From NCBI GenBank assembly GCA_000388065.2, contig KB932204.1: a stretch of DNA of 64,000 bases; one strand, written 5' to 3'. The position numbers were made by a program, and so were the translations under genes. The stretch's first letter is position 1. Each line of letters opens with the position of its first letter. This DNA is from Fonticula alba ATCC 38817. Lineage: Eukaryota; Protista; Nucleariida. This document shows positions 49,045 through 61,934 of this stretch, piece by piece. The notes under the pieces are model-generated. The model had not been told where the DNA came from. It searched no databases and saw nothing but the letters and a program-made list of their open reading frames with translations.

Positions 49045-49405
49045 GGTGGGAGAAAGACGGGGGGAGGCAGGGGATGAGGGCGCGAGGAGGGCGGGGAGTG
49101 GTGGGCGGTGCCTGTGGGTCGAGACAAGTCTCTCGAGAGGGGATGTGGCTGGGNNNNNNNNNNNNNGAGGGACAGAGAGCCAGGATGGCAGAGGGAGGAA
49201 TCTGGCGGTGTCTGGTGGCGCGTCAGCTGGGGGGGAGGATATTTGAGTCTCCCCCGGTGGGGAAAGGCGGCGCGGGGACATTCCGCTAGATGCCCTCCTT
49301 GAGCACCGACACGCCATCCCCAGCCACATTTGCGTCGACAGACAAAAACACACAGCTGACCATATAATCCTGGGCGCGCACAACACGAACACACACACAC
49401 ACACG

Positions 49406-49448
<43 letters not shown>

Positions 49449-50029
49449 GGACACACACGAAAGCAATTTCACGGATGTATCCATGCACCTCGGCAGCCTC
49501 ACAGACGTGCGGAGAGCGCCACACTTCCACGGGCTAGTCACGCCCGCCCGCCCGCCCGCCCGGACGAGGCCCAGACAACAGTGCCCCCTCGTCAGTCACC
49601 ATCCCCCGGGCAGGGGGGGATTTTGAAAAATCAAGGCATAACGGCATGACGCCAGGTCCCGACGGACCAGCCCCTCACGGCGGGCATCATGCCCCCGAGG
49701 TCACAGGCATGCACGTGCGAAGTTGCGTTGGCAGCCTCTCTGGTCCGGGTGCGTGCGTGGCCCTCCCACCCCTCCCCCCTTCACCCCCGCCTCGGCAGTG
49801 TCCCGGAGGCGAAGATCGCTGGAGAGGGAGCCACGGGCAGGGCGGCAGCGGCTGGCCTCCCAAACAAGAGGACGGTCTCTGGGTGGCGGTTTGGTGCGTG
49901 CCACTCTCCATGGTGATCCTCCTCTTCCTTCTCCCCCCCCCCCCCCCCCCCGCCTCTCGTCCCCTCCCCCGTTCTTTCACCTCCGCTCGTTTCTGGGCCA
50001 CTTCTTCGCTTCTACTCTCGGGCGCCGTC

Positions 50030-51210
50030 ATGAAGGTCCATCGTGTCAAGTCCAGCCAAAAGCACATCAACTTCTTCCGACACAACTATGGCTTCCGAAG
50101 CCCGATTCAGGTTCTCGGTGCGTCCGGCACTTGTGGCCCCTTCATTTGGTGGGGGGATTTGTTTCGCCATCCCACTCACCCTCTCGCCTTGGATATGACC
50201 CCCCCCCCTCCTCGCCACCTGGCAGTGGATGCTGAGCTCTGCCGGATTGCCCTGCGGGGAAAGATCGACCTCCGTGATCAACTCCCCCAGCACATGGGGC
50301 TACCGGTAAAGCTTCTGACAACAGCCTGTGTGCTGGCCGAGCTGCGCAAATTGGCGGCCGAGTCGGACGCCCACTTGGCCAAGCTGGGTGCCTCGGCGAC
50401 CGATCGCGATCGGAAGGACGCGACCGCCGCGTCTGGTGCCATCTTCGTTGCTCGGCGGTTTGATCAACGGCGGTGCGATCATTCCGAGGGGAATGAGGTT
50501 GACGGGTCCATCTGCATTGCCTCCATCATTGGTATGTCCGTGGCATTTGTTTCACATCCCCCTTTACCTCTCGCCTAACAACAGCAACAACAACAACAAC
50601 AACAACACCCCCTCGATCGGTTGCAAAGGTGATGTCAACCAACATCGGTACATGGTTGCCTGTCAGAACTCCCGCTTGCGCTCTGAATTGCGCATGGTCC
50701 CCGGCGTGCCGCTGGTGTACATTCGCCGTGGCAAGATGCTGATCGAGCCCCCTAGCGAGGCCTCCATGCTCCTGGCTAAGCAGGTACGCTGCCTCGCATG
50801 CTCATGTGCACTTGCTGGCTGGTCTTTCCCCTGTTTGCATCCTCATCGGCTGGATGACTGATATTGCTCCTCCCACCTGCCTGTGTGTGTGTCTCGCTCT
50901 CTTTGTGCAAGAGCAGTCTTCCGAGCAGCGCCTCCTTCCCTCGGAACGGGAGAAGGCTCTGCTCAACCGTGCCGCCGACAATGCTGAAAAGATTGCCTCG
51001 CGAAAGCGCAAGAAGAGCGAGCCCAACCCCCTGTCAGTCAAGCGACCGAAGGTGGAGTCGACAACGACGACGACGAAGACGACTGGCCCTGCCCCGGCCA
51101 AGTCCCCCGCCTCGAGCCAGGCGACAACGTCGGCCGATGACAGCAATGCCAAGAAGCCCAAGCGTCGCAAGCGTAGCCGCGGCGGCAAGGCCGACTCTGG
51201 CGATCAATAG
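50030..51210 (+). CDS. UTP23: rRNA-processing protein UTP23 (PIN domain), 4 exons
   Basis: MKVHRVKSSQKHINFFRHNYGFRSPIQVL, TTACVLAELRKL, RYMVACQNSRLRSELRMVPGVPLVYI and KKSEPNPLSVKRPK. Donors at 50118, 50532 and 50784. Confidence 0.92.
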
Positions 51211-51497
51211 AGTATGATGCATTTTTGTGTACAGCGGTGCCAATAGAACAGGAAAACCGTGTGCTTTCTTCGTCTAAATGAAGGGGGGAAGGACAGAGGG
51301 ACTGGGAGGAAAGAAAGAAAGGGAGATGGATAGTGGCGCTTAACGACCGGGTTCGTGGGGGATTTGTTGTGATTGAATGAGGCTCTTCGCCGGAGAAAGA
51401 GAGAGGGAGAGAGAGAAAGAAAGAAAGAAAGAAAGGAAGACAGAGGGAGACAGAGGAGGAGGGCGAATGCCGCACTTTTCAGACACTCATGTTGCCT

Positions 51498-52428
51498 CTA
51501 GAAGGAGGTCCGGCGACCGCGGGCATCAGCGGCCTTGGCACCAGCCATCATGGCCAGGAAATCTTCCTCAGAATCACCGCCCTTGTCAAGGGTATCCTGC
51601 TCGGACGCCACCGGCGCGGTATCGGCTTCGGGCACGGCGGGCATGATGCCGCTGTTAAGCCACATCTCAACCTGCGACTCGAGGCCACCCTCTTCTGGCA
51701 GCTGGCGTGTCTTGTCCTTCAACTGGGTGAAGTACGTGTCGACATCTTGGATGAATGCGGAACGAGTGAAAAGAGACACGTCGATGGAGACCTTCACACG
51801 AGTCAGGAACAGCAACCGACGAGCCGGGTGCTGAAAAGCAAGGGCATAAATTTCCCCGCCGCCAATGACGAAGGATGACCCAACAGCCACGGGCCCGGCA
51901 TCAGTGAGCAGGGGGCCGGCCCTCCGGAGTTCCTGGACCAAGTTCAGGGCACAATCAAGCGAGCCCACCTTCCGAACCAGTGGATGATCGGGGATGTTGG
52001 CGCTATTTCCACTGCTCGACCATGCAGCGGGCAGCACCAGGGAGGCGCAAAGACCACATGCCAGTCGTGAGTCACCGAGAGACAGGAGGAGCCAATCAAC
52101 ATGCATGCGCGGCATATGCCCATGCGCAGGGGGGTACATACCGAGTAAGGACAATGTTCAGTCGTCCAGGAAGAGGGCGAAACTTGTCCGGCAGCGACTG
52201 GTAGGTGATTCGGCCCATGATGACCACATTCACGAAAGGCGTCGAGTCGGGGACGAAGCTGGGTCTCGCGGTGGTTACCCGGCGGAAGTGCGCGAGATCC
52301 GACTTCAAAGTCCAGGGGATGTAGCTGTCGCCACCGATGAAGTTGTTGGTGCTGGCGGCGACCACCAGGTCGAATTGTCCACATGGAGGCGGGCAATCAA
52401 TCTCGGGAAACATGATTGGCGGAGACAT
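51498..52428 (-). CDS. DHFR: Dihydrofolate reductase, monofunctional, 2 exons
   Basis: IGGDSYIPWTLKSDLAHFRRVTT, NVVIMGRITYQSLPDKFRPLPGRLNIVLTR, FVIGGGEIY and LFLTRV. Intron 52141-52012. No thymidylate synthase domain follows. Confidence 0.93.
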
Positions 52429-52978
52429 GATCGAGAGAGAGGCGAAGGAGGATCGGCGAGAGAAGGGGGGGGGGAGGCGGAGGGCTAACCGTTTCGTGCA
52501 CATGCCGCCGGGGAGATTCCTTCAAAAGGTAGCTGCGTTGGCAGCCAATCGAAATGTGGATCGCTCCACGAGAGTAGGGGCTGCCGGAGTTTTAGGGCGG
52601 AGGGGACCGGCCGCCGGTGCCATCTTCTCACCAACCCCTGCAATCGGCCGTGGCTTTGCCTTTCTCCTTGTTCCTCTGCCCTCCTTCCCCTTCTGCCTTT
52701 GGCTCGGGCCTCCCGCTCGCTCCCCCCCCCCCCCCCCCTTTCTCCCTCGCTTTGCCCATCTCCTTTCCCCTCTCTCGTTGTTCCCATTCCCACACCCTCC
52801 CGCTCGGGCGCACGTCACCCTCTCTCGTCCCTTCTACCTCTCCTTGTGTCAACATGTTACCGGTTGAGTCGAGCATCCAGCAACGAAGGGTACGCGCCGC
52901 CTTTGGACCGCTCGTTGGGCATTCCCAATGGACTAATCCCGTCTGTGTATCTGCCCTCCCGGAAGGACGCACTGCTAG

Positions 52979-53888
52979 ATCGCATGGTGGCTGCCCTCGT
53001 ACGTAGCTATGCCCGGGAGCCCAATGCTCCATCGGCCGGATCCGTGGCCCATGATGCGCTTGAGTCCTGTGCGTATCTCGAAAGCTCCCTGACCGACGTC
53101 TGGCCCTTCCCGGTACTGACACCGGCTTCGCCTTTTGCTTGCAAGTTTCCGCCTGGAATCGGAAGCGCGCCCTGCGTGCTCTCAATTCGCCGATAGCCCG
53201 GGAGAATCTGTGGTCTCTCATGAAGGCAAGGAATCTTGCTCTCCGGCACCGGGCGATGACAAATCAGGCCCACTCTCGGGGGCCGGCGTCGGGCGGGAGC
53301 TCCGCCCAGGCAACCACGGGGGATACGCCGACTGATGGATCGGCGCCGATCGATTTGAACCTGGCTCGTGAGTGCGTACTCGATGACAAGTGGCGTATTC
53401 TTGAGATGGAATCTGACCTCGTGGGCACCCTTCGGGTGGGGCTGGGCGCATCTTGGCATCTACAGGTACATTGCCCTCCGGCGGCGAGTTCTTATTCGTG
53501 GCCGGCTGTTGGCCCACACGGAGGCCACCCTCCGGCGGACGCGCGGGTGTATTGCCACGGCCGAGCTCCTGGCTGACGAGTGTGATGCCGGCACCTTTGT
53601 CCGTTTGCCGACCGGTGGTGCGCTCTCTCCGCCAGAAACACGTCCACCGAGGTGTGTGGCTGGCTTTCTGACGGTACATATCACCCCCCCCCCCCCCCCC
53701 CACACACACACACATGCACATACGTACGCACGCGCCTCATGGCAGGGCGCACCAGTGGTGGACCCGTCACCACAGATGCCAGGCTGGATTTGGTCGCAGA
53801 TGCAGAGTCCACCGGATACCTGTTGGCTGTGGCACAAGACCAGCAGACATCGCACAACTCCACATCCGGAGCAGACCAAGAACCCTGA
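52979..53888 (+). CDS. Hypothetical multi-exon gene transcribed divergently from DHFR; structure unresolved
   Basis: Coding-like segments (RENLWSLMKARNLALRH, ECVLDDKWRILEMESDL, YIALRRRVLIRGRLLAH) lie between C/T-rich intron-like tracts with GTGCGT/GTACGC donors. I could not build a clean start or name a family. Confidence 0.35.
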
Positions 53889-54249
53889 GCCGATCCTGGG
53901 AGGCCAAAATACAGACAACCATCCAGAACGTGTCACCCTTTGTGCCCTTTTTTTCCCCCGCCCGCCAGAGGGCTGAGACTCTTTCTCATAGGTGCATCCG
54001 TTGGCATCTGGGCCGTATCGCGGTGCGTCTAGCTTGGTCGGCCTGGACAGTGGATGGGCGGCCTCGAGCTCGGGGGGGGAGGGGAGTACCCAAGCAACAG
54101 ATGTGGAGATCACTCCGCCGAGCGGGGCCCACGCAATGGGGGCTCTTTTTTATTGGCCGGACAACGATCATCGCAGGTCTCCACTGCATGAAGAGCAGCC
54201 TCCGGGTTCCCTTGTCGAGCGAAGAACCTCCCATCACCTCCTTCGCTCT

Positions 54250-54282
<33 letters not shown>

Positions 54283-54396
54283 GCTATTTCCCCTTGCTTC
54301 CCTCTCCCCCTCTTTGCCTCCTCTTCCCACGCTAAGCCCTGCTCTGTGGGCTCTCTCTCTCTGTCACACTCCTACGCCCTCGTCTCCCGGTGAACC

Positions 54397-55345
54397 ATGT
54401 CCGGGGATAAACGCCAGGCGCCTGGGGTCCAGTCTAACCATGACACCGGGAAAGACCAGCCGGAGCCTCCGGTGCGCTTGCCTCACCCAATTGTCCCCCT
54501 TCCTGGCATCCGGCCCTAACCCCTTTGCTCCGGCCATTGGCTCCTACACCATGCCCGCATGGCCACATAGCCCTCCTGTCGCCTGTTTGTTGCTGGCCTC
54601 GATCCTCGAATCACAGAGTGCGTCCCTCCGGCTGACGCCCTTTCGCCCATGACTCCACCTCTTCCCCGGGGGTGTTAACCTACCATCGTTTCACAGGAAG
54701 GAGTTGATCATAGTGTTCAATCGCATCGGCGGCCTCAAGCAGGTGACCATTCCCCACCATAAGGAAGGACCGCGCATCGGCCAGCGCCGGGATTTTGCCT
54801 TCGTCGAGATGGAGTCGGAAACGGTGCGCATCATCGACATGCCCGATTGTGGCCCGCTCTCTTTGTCTCCCTTTGCTCTTCCTTCCTCGCATGCTTGGCA
54901 CTTGCACCGCTAACTCACCATGTGCACGCAGGATGCCATGTCGGCCAAAACCCGCCTCGACGGCTTGCTCCTGGGCCATCGACGCCTGGTGGTCCGCTTC
55001 GCATCGGCGAAAGTGCGCCCGCCTGTGTATGCCCTTTTGGTATCTTGCGCCGGGCACATGCTAACCCCCTCATGTGTGGCTCCGCCCACTGTCGCCCCAG
55101 ACCCATGATGGCTTCCGCGGCCGGTCGGATTCCTCAACCGGCTTCCAGGCCATGGTGGACCCGGTTACCGGGCGAATCGTGGCTTCCACTCAGGAGGCAG
55201 TCCTTGGGGTGGATGAGCACGGGCGCGCGGTCACCGCATCCAAGGCAGCCTCTCAGGCCAAACGGGCTCAGGCCCTGTCGGAACAGCTTGTGCAGTGCGT
55301 GCACAAACACCCTATTCCCTCGCCTGCATTTCCCACTCCCCCCCC

Positions 55346-55419
<74 letters not shown>

Positions 55420-55730
55420 GCGCTACCACTATCATCACACCAAGCCCTTCGGGCTGCCTGCCCATCATCCGCTCGCCCTGTTTGACATGAGATGGCTGAC
55501 ACATGATATGCCGCTGGTGTAGAACCACGACCCCGGGAGCCAGGATTGCCCTGTTGCGGGATCGCCTTCGTCGGATCAACCGGGTCACCTCGGATGCCGA
55601 CCGGCAGGATCGGCTGCGAACTACACGCGCCGAGCGCGCCTCCTCCTCAGCAGGGGATGCCTCTCCCTCGCCCTCGCCGTCGCCGTCGCCCTCGCCCTCG
55701 CCGTCGCCCTCTGGAAGGGAGAATCCCTGA
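54397..55730 (+). CDS. RBM18: RNA-binding protein 18-like (single RRM), 6 exons
   Basis: Exons 54397-54471, 54571-54617, 54697-54823, 54932-55012, ~55101-55294 and ~55521-55730 give RLFVAGLDPRITE, HHKEGPRIGQRRDFAFVEM, LLGHRRLVVRFASAK and ARIALLRDRLRRI. Confidence 0.82.
55348..55423. repeat. Compound (CA)n(CG)n microsatellite in an RBM18 intron
   Basis: About 76 nt of uninterrupted alternating purine-pyrimidine sequence, seen directly. Confidence 0.95.
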
Positions 55731-55951
55731 TGTGAAGTCGCCCGACCCTCTGGCAATGAAGAAATCATAAACAAAAGTCCTCGAGATGCTCTTTTTATTG
55801 GGCCCAATGGCACAATGTGTCCAAGCTATGGGAAGGGACCGGGTCAAGGGGGGGAGGGATGGCCATACATGCTCGGCAGAACACTCCAAAGGGAATACAT
55901 CAGGGAGGCGGGCAAAGGGGGGGGGGGGGCCACATTGTGTAGACGCCGCTT

Positions 55952-56355
55952 TTAGAAGCGCTTGCGGTGACCGCCAGTGACGGCGCGCGCCGCCAGGACA
56001 ATGATGACAACGGCAATCGAGCCGAAGGCAAACATGAAGATCCAGTTGAGCGGGCTCAGGCTGGAAGACACCTTGTTGCCGGAGGTGCCGGTGGCCTTGT
56101 TGGCGCCGCGGTTCGGCCGGCGACGGTTGTGGCTCGGCTTGGGGGGCAGATGCTCGCGACCCTGGTTGGCCCCGCCGGCGGGGCGGCCAGTGTCCTCCGG
56201 CACCGGGGCAGTATCCTCCTGGGGGCTGTTGTTGTTGTTGTTGTTGCGAGAAGGCGGAGTGTAGGGAGGGGGCTGGCCCTGCTGGTTGTTGTTATGCTGC
56301 TGTTGCTGCTGCTGGGAATGGCCACCGGTATGAGCGCCGCCGTATGGAGGGGGCG

Positions 56356-56386
<31 letters not shown>

Positions 56387-57563
56387 GTTGTTATTGTTGT
56401 TGACGTTATTGCGATGGGTGGGGTTGCGGTTGGCCTGGTTCTGACCATAGTCCGGCTGCTGCTGACGAGGGGGAACGCCGGCCTGCTGCTGGCGATTGCC
56501 AGGCTGGTTAAGGTGGTTGCGACGAGGCGGCACGGCAACGGGCTTGCTCATCGAGGTGGTGATCGAGATAATATCATGCTCATCGGACACATCGCCGGTC
56601 ATGGCGGTGAATCCCAGGAAGTACCGGTCCGGAAGGGTGATGTCCTCCACACTGAAGCAGGTCTCGAAGGTGTTGTCACCACGAATGTCAAGGTCCAGGG
56701 AGAAGACGCCGTCCTTGTAGACAGCGCGCGCGCGGGTCGGGTGCGTTGGCCGGCGGAAGCGGGCCTCGCAGCCGGCCGCCTGGTTGGACTCGTTGTCATC
56801 ATCGCCGGAGTACGTGCGCGAACCGTCATTGACCATGAGCGAGACATAGGGGAACATATACTGAGGCAAGGAGGTCGGTGAGTCGAGGGGGGGGGGGGCA
56901 ACAGGCAGAAAACAGGGGCCAAGGAGGGGTGCACATACCGGGTGACGGGTGTTGGCGAAGGTGTCAAAGAAGACGGCCAAGCCATTGAACTGGGTCGGGC
57001 CGCCAAGCGCCTCGCCAGCTGGGAGACCGGGAGACCGGGAGGGTGTCAGAGGAGAAGGAAGAACGGAGCAAAGGTAGGTGGAGAAAGAGATGGGGGGGGG
57101 GGGAGGAAGAAGGAATGCACTGGTGGAAAAATAGGGCGCAAGGGAAGACAGTGAAGGACACGCACTGGCAACATGGCGCTCGCTGGTCATCCAGAGGGCG
57201 AAGCCGTCGCCGAAAACGCGCGAGGCCTTGCCATCAACACGGAACTCGAATTCGACCGTAAAATCGCCAGCAGGCATCGGCTGAAAGGGGAAAGGCCATG
57301 AGACAGCAGACCGGAGGAGCATGCGAGTGAGTGTGCGTGCATGTGCGTGCGCGCTGGGAGAGGGGGAAAGGGATGTCAAAGGGGCGGAGGGCCGTCAATT
57401 GGCGTACCTCCTTCGACCAGAGCCACCCGCGACGGGAGGGCCGGTCGGGGGTCAAGCGAATGTACTTGTTGTTGTGGACAACGGTGCTGCCACCGAAGTC
57501 CCAGTAGCGGTTTTCCAGGTTGGAATCTGCGCAAGGAGGGCGGTCGCAAAAGAGGGGAGTGTC

Positions 57564-57609
<46 letters not shown>

Positions 57610-57873
57610 AGAAAAGCAAAAGGTAGCGAGGCGGTGGCCAGTCTGGCTGGGGGGGAAAGGTTGGCCACACGAACCGACATAGGGGCTGCGGAGGCTGTGA
57701 CTGCGAACGTTGATCTCGCGAGTCGGCGGCGCCTGATTCGTGCGGGCCTGAGTAGGGGTGCGCTGGCCGGCGACCAGGCCGACGCAAAGCAGCGACAGGG
57801 CCAGGACCGCCAGGAGCACCGAAAGGATGCGCAGCGAGCGGAGAGGCCCGGCAGCCGCGGCGGAAGATGCCAT
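55952..57873 (-). CDS. LMAN2: L-type lectin cargo receptor (VIP36/LMAN2/ERGIC-53 family), type I membrane protein, 5 exons
   Basis: Signal peptide, HSLRSPY, YWDFGGSTVV...IRLTPDRPSRRGWLWS, GDGFALW, GLAVFFDTFAN and YFLGFTAMTGDVSDEHDII. TM helix followed by cytosolic tail GHRKRF*. Confidence 0.93.
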
Positions 57874-59800
57874 GGCGTTGGGGGCGTTGGTGAAGGGGGG
57901 GGGAGAGGGAGAGGAAGGGAGAGGGGCTTTAGGGGGGGGGAGAGCGTGGGGTTCAGAAGTCGGCGGGGCATCGAGGTCTTTTCGCTTGTTTTTTTCTCGC
58001 TGCACGCTGGCGCTGGCGGAGATCCCCCCCACCGGGCGGGCACACAGAGCGGCCTGCCTCGAGCTACATCTGCCCTCGGCCCAGAGGGTAACAGTATATT
58101 GTTGCTGGCCTTGGCAAGCGAAAGTGCCTGTCCCCAGCCCCCCTCGATTCTTTGGGACTTTCAGTGATGAATGCGCCCAGGGGGGGGGGGGGGGGGGCAG
58201 AGTGTCGGAGAGTGGGGGGCCGGCCACCTTCCAGAACGGTATGACGCGGGCTGATGATTGGGGCCCGTTCACGCTCCCGGGAACAGCCCCGGGCGCGCCC
58301 CCCCCCCCCCACCTTCTAGATAAAGGCAGCCCATGTCAAACGAGGTCTCGCGACAGCCATGGCGAGCGGGGGAGCTCGAGGGCAGAGCTGAGTCCACGGG
58401 GAGGGGGGGGGGGGGGGGGACGGGTGCGATAGGCAGACGCTCTTGGCATTCGGTCAGGTCGAGGTATCCGGTCTCGGGCGAGGCGAGGCGATGTGCGTGG
58501 GCATTTACAGATTCCAGCCAGCCGGTGCTTGCTTTCTAGAACTGACATGGTGTCTCTCGGTATATGACTCGTGCGCCGATCGCCGTGCTTGGCCGGGGGT
58601 CTGCAGGACGAGGTATGTTGAGCGTCCGGAGAGTGGAACAAAGTGCGGGAACCAGGGGGGGGGGGGGGGGGAGGGACAAGCCACGGGCCGGGGAGCCGGC
58701 TGGGGCAACGTGCCACCGGGTGAATCTTGGGCATGTGGCTTTCTCGTGATGCCCCTTATCGGGCGTGATCTGGTTTTCCGGCCTCCGTGTTCGGCTCTGC
58801 GCGGAGTTCGCCCGGGGTCCCCAAATTAGGCGCGCAAAACGCCTCGGCCAGCGGCACCTGCATTGGCATCATCCGCGGGAGAGTCCGGAGGGGAGGAAAG
58901 AAAGGGAGAAAATTGAATCGGCCCTCTTCTTGGCTGCGGAAAAGAGCTCGGAGAGGGCTCGCGGTTCCGTCGGACCGCTCTCGAGTCCCTCCCTCGGGGG
59001 GAGGCCGGCGAGGCCCACGGAGGCCGAGGCGAGGGGGGAGGCCTTGTACGCACCACACACGCACAAATACACACGCCAGGAAAGCAAATGGTCTTCCCAA
59101 GGATGAGACCAAAGGCTCGGGGGTCGCCTGTGGCAGGGTGGCTTGGTGCATCCTTGTGAAAGCCTTGGGACTCTCACAGGCACAGGGGGCGCGGCAGCCG
59201 GTCAACCGCCAGGCCAGGAGGGAGGAAAGTCGTCTGCGATACCGAGAACACCTTCTTTATGGCGGAGGGGCGCAGGCCGCGGCCCTCCCGGCGGGAGGGG
59301 CAGACGGGGCAACGGCCTCTGGGATGGCAGCCGGCGGCTGCGGACAGCCGCCGGCCTGTGCCGGAACACCGCGGCAGGCCTTCCTCTGGCGGTGGCGGGC
59401 CGGCCGGCTGGCACATGGGCCCGGCCGAAAAGAGAGGCCCCCGAGCGCAGTGTGTCTCGGAGGAGGAATGTGCTGACATCACTTTTGCCCATATCGGGGC
59501 CCCTTTCCCCGGCCACCCTCACCGACGCAGGTCTCGCGGCTGCAGCGCTGTGCTGTCTCGCGCGGGGTGTCTGCTGTGCGTTCGCAAAGAACGGTGGTCC
59601 GCTGGCGCTCGCGCTTGCTCTTGCCAAGCTGATGGTTGGCGTGGGCGCCTTATTGGCCCCCGGAGGGGGGAGGGGGGGGGGATGATGAGCGCCCGGCCCG
59701 GTCCGTGGAGGGCGACAAATTTTCCCGCCTCCGAGGGGGTGAGGGTTGAGCCACGACATCGGGTAGTCAACCATCAGCACTGGCGTCTGCGCCTTGGGCA

Positions 59801-61901
59801 GGCGCGCCTTTCATGACCGCGTCTCTGTGGCGGGGGATCTGGGGCGACTGGGGCGCGCTCCCGGGGGGGGGNNNNNNNNNNNNNNNNNNNNNNNNNNNNN
59901 NNNNNNNNNNNNNNNNNNNNNNNNNNNNNNNNNNNNNNNNNNNNNNNNNNNNNNNNNNNNNNNNNNNNNNNNNNNNNNNNNNNNNNNNNNNNNNNNNNNN
60001 NNNNNNNNAAGCCAGGCAATGGACACTGGGACACCAGCGCGAGTGTGCCAATGCTCTTCGGGGCAGCCCACCAAGACGGAGCGGGCCTGGCCCCCGGTCA
60101 CATTTGACCCGGGCGGCGTTGTCAAGCCGCACGGCCTCGCGGGTTTTCCGGGCGCCCGTCCATCCCCATGGGGGCGGCGGGGGTGGCATCAAAGGGCTCG
60201 AACAGGCACGTTGGGCGAGGGCGCGGGAAGGGGGGGGGGGGCGGGGGGCCGGAGGCCCAGCCAGCCCTTGTTCCCGGGGCTCGCGCCCACAGGGGGCGGG
60301 GGCCAGGACCCGATCGCTGGCGGTCTTGGCGCGGCCGCGCCGCTCTCCCCGGCCCCCGCGCGCGAGCCACGACGGCCCGCCGACGACACGGCCCTGGCTG
60401 CGCGTCGAAGGCGGCAACAGCGTCGCGGCGTCCCCCCTCGAGCGAGCCTTGGTGCCAGGCCGGGCACGCGGCGTGGCGGCACTGCGCGCCCAACTGGAGT
60501 GTTCCCCCCCCCTCCCGCCCCCGGAGCCCCTGCTGGCGACCGAGACGGCGGACGGGCGGGGAATTCCTCACGCGGCAGCCCCTGGCCGGCCGGCTGGCCG
60601 GGCCGTTCGCTCGCCGTCCGGGCGGGCGGGACTCGGACCGGCTAGAGCGGGCGAGCGTCAAGGCAACTGGCGGCGGCGACCGAGACGATGACTAATGTGC
60701 TTGGTCTCCTGCCCTTCCCCCGGTCTGATCTCTCCCGCCCCCCCCCCCCCCGGGTGGGGGCGAGGCCCCGTTGGGGTGGCCGGGCCCGGTGGCCAGGCGC
60801 AGACAGGGGGAGGGGTCGATTACCAGACGGAGGGGCGCCGCCGAATGGGCCACTACGCGCTTTCACACACATGCACACTCACACGCACACACACTTACAC
60901 ACTTACACACACACATGCACACGCACATACACAGTCGTACACACACAGACACAAGTACCAATATACGGGGACACCGCATGGGAGGGATGGATATAAATTG
61001 GCCTTTTTCCGGGGGTTTGAAGCAGTCTGGTAGGTAGCACCCGAGCGCCTGGGAAACTCCCCCGCCGCCGGGGGGGGAGGGGGGGCTGATGACGGCCGGA
61101 GTGGGATGGGTCCCGTCTTGTCCCCTGGCCGGGGCTCCCCGGGCGGGCGCAGGGTGCCTCGCCGGACACTCTCCCGGTCCTTGAGCGGGGGCCCTGCGTC
61201 GCCGCGAGTGGTTGTCTTTCGATCCAAAGTCCTGGCCAGGCGCTTGCCCCTGTTTGCCGGTGCCATTGGGGGCGGTGTTCGTGCGTGAGTGCGCGCGTGG
61301 GTGGAATGTGATCCCCTCGACTGGCCCGTCCCAGCGGGCCCGCGCATGGGGACACACATGCGCCAGCGACGCATACACACACACACACACACACGTTGGA
61401 GGTCGCGCGGATGTGCGTGCCCGCGATCGCTGACCACGTATCCGCCGTGCCCCGGCGCCCCCCCCCCCCGGATGCGGGGCGTAAGCGCCCCCGCGTCCGG
61501 TAGGCAAGCAGTGAAGCATCTGTTTGCATTTCCGCCTGTGCTCGCGCGCGCGCTCTCTTCGCTTGCGCACGGAGCGCGACGCACCTGCAGTCGAGCAAGA
61601 GTCTCCCCGACCCGTCGTGCCCCTATGTCTGTCGCCAGGAGGGTGCGCCGGGGGGGAGGGGGGGACCGCGAGATCCCGACCTTTCCGCCCCCCCCCCCCC
61701 CCCGGCCCCCGGCCCCCGGGCCCCTTCCCTGGGCCCCCCGCTCGGGGCCCGTTTTTTTCGGCCACTGGTGTGGGGGGGGGGGGGCGCGGGTGCGCGTGTG
61801 GGCGAAAATACCCGTGGGGGCAGCCCCTTCCCCGGGGGGGGGAGCCCTGTTTTCCCCGGGGCCCCGGAAAAACAATTGGGCCCCCCCCCCGGGGCCCCCC
61901 C

Positions 61902-61934
<33 letters not shown>

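Noticed and set aside
60710-60740. CCGGTCTGATCTC resembles the 5S rRNA box region
   Set aside because: The flanks do not match 5S helices I-V. No rRNA genes were found in the window.
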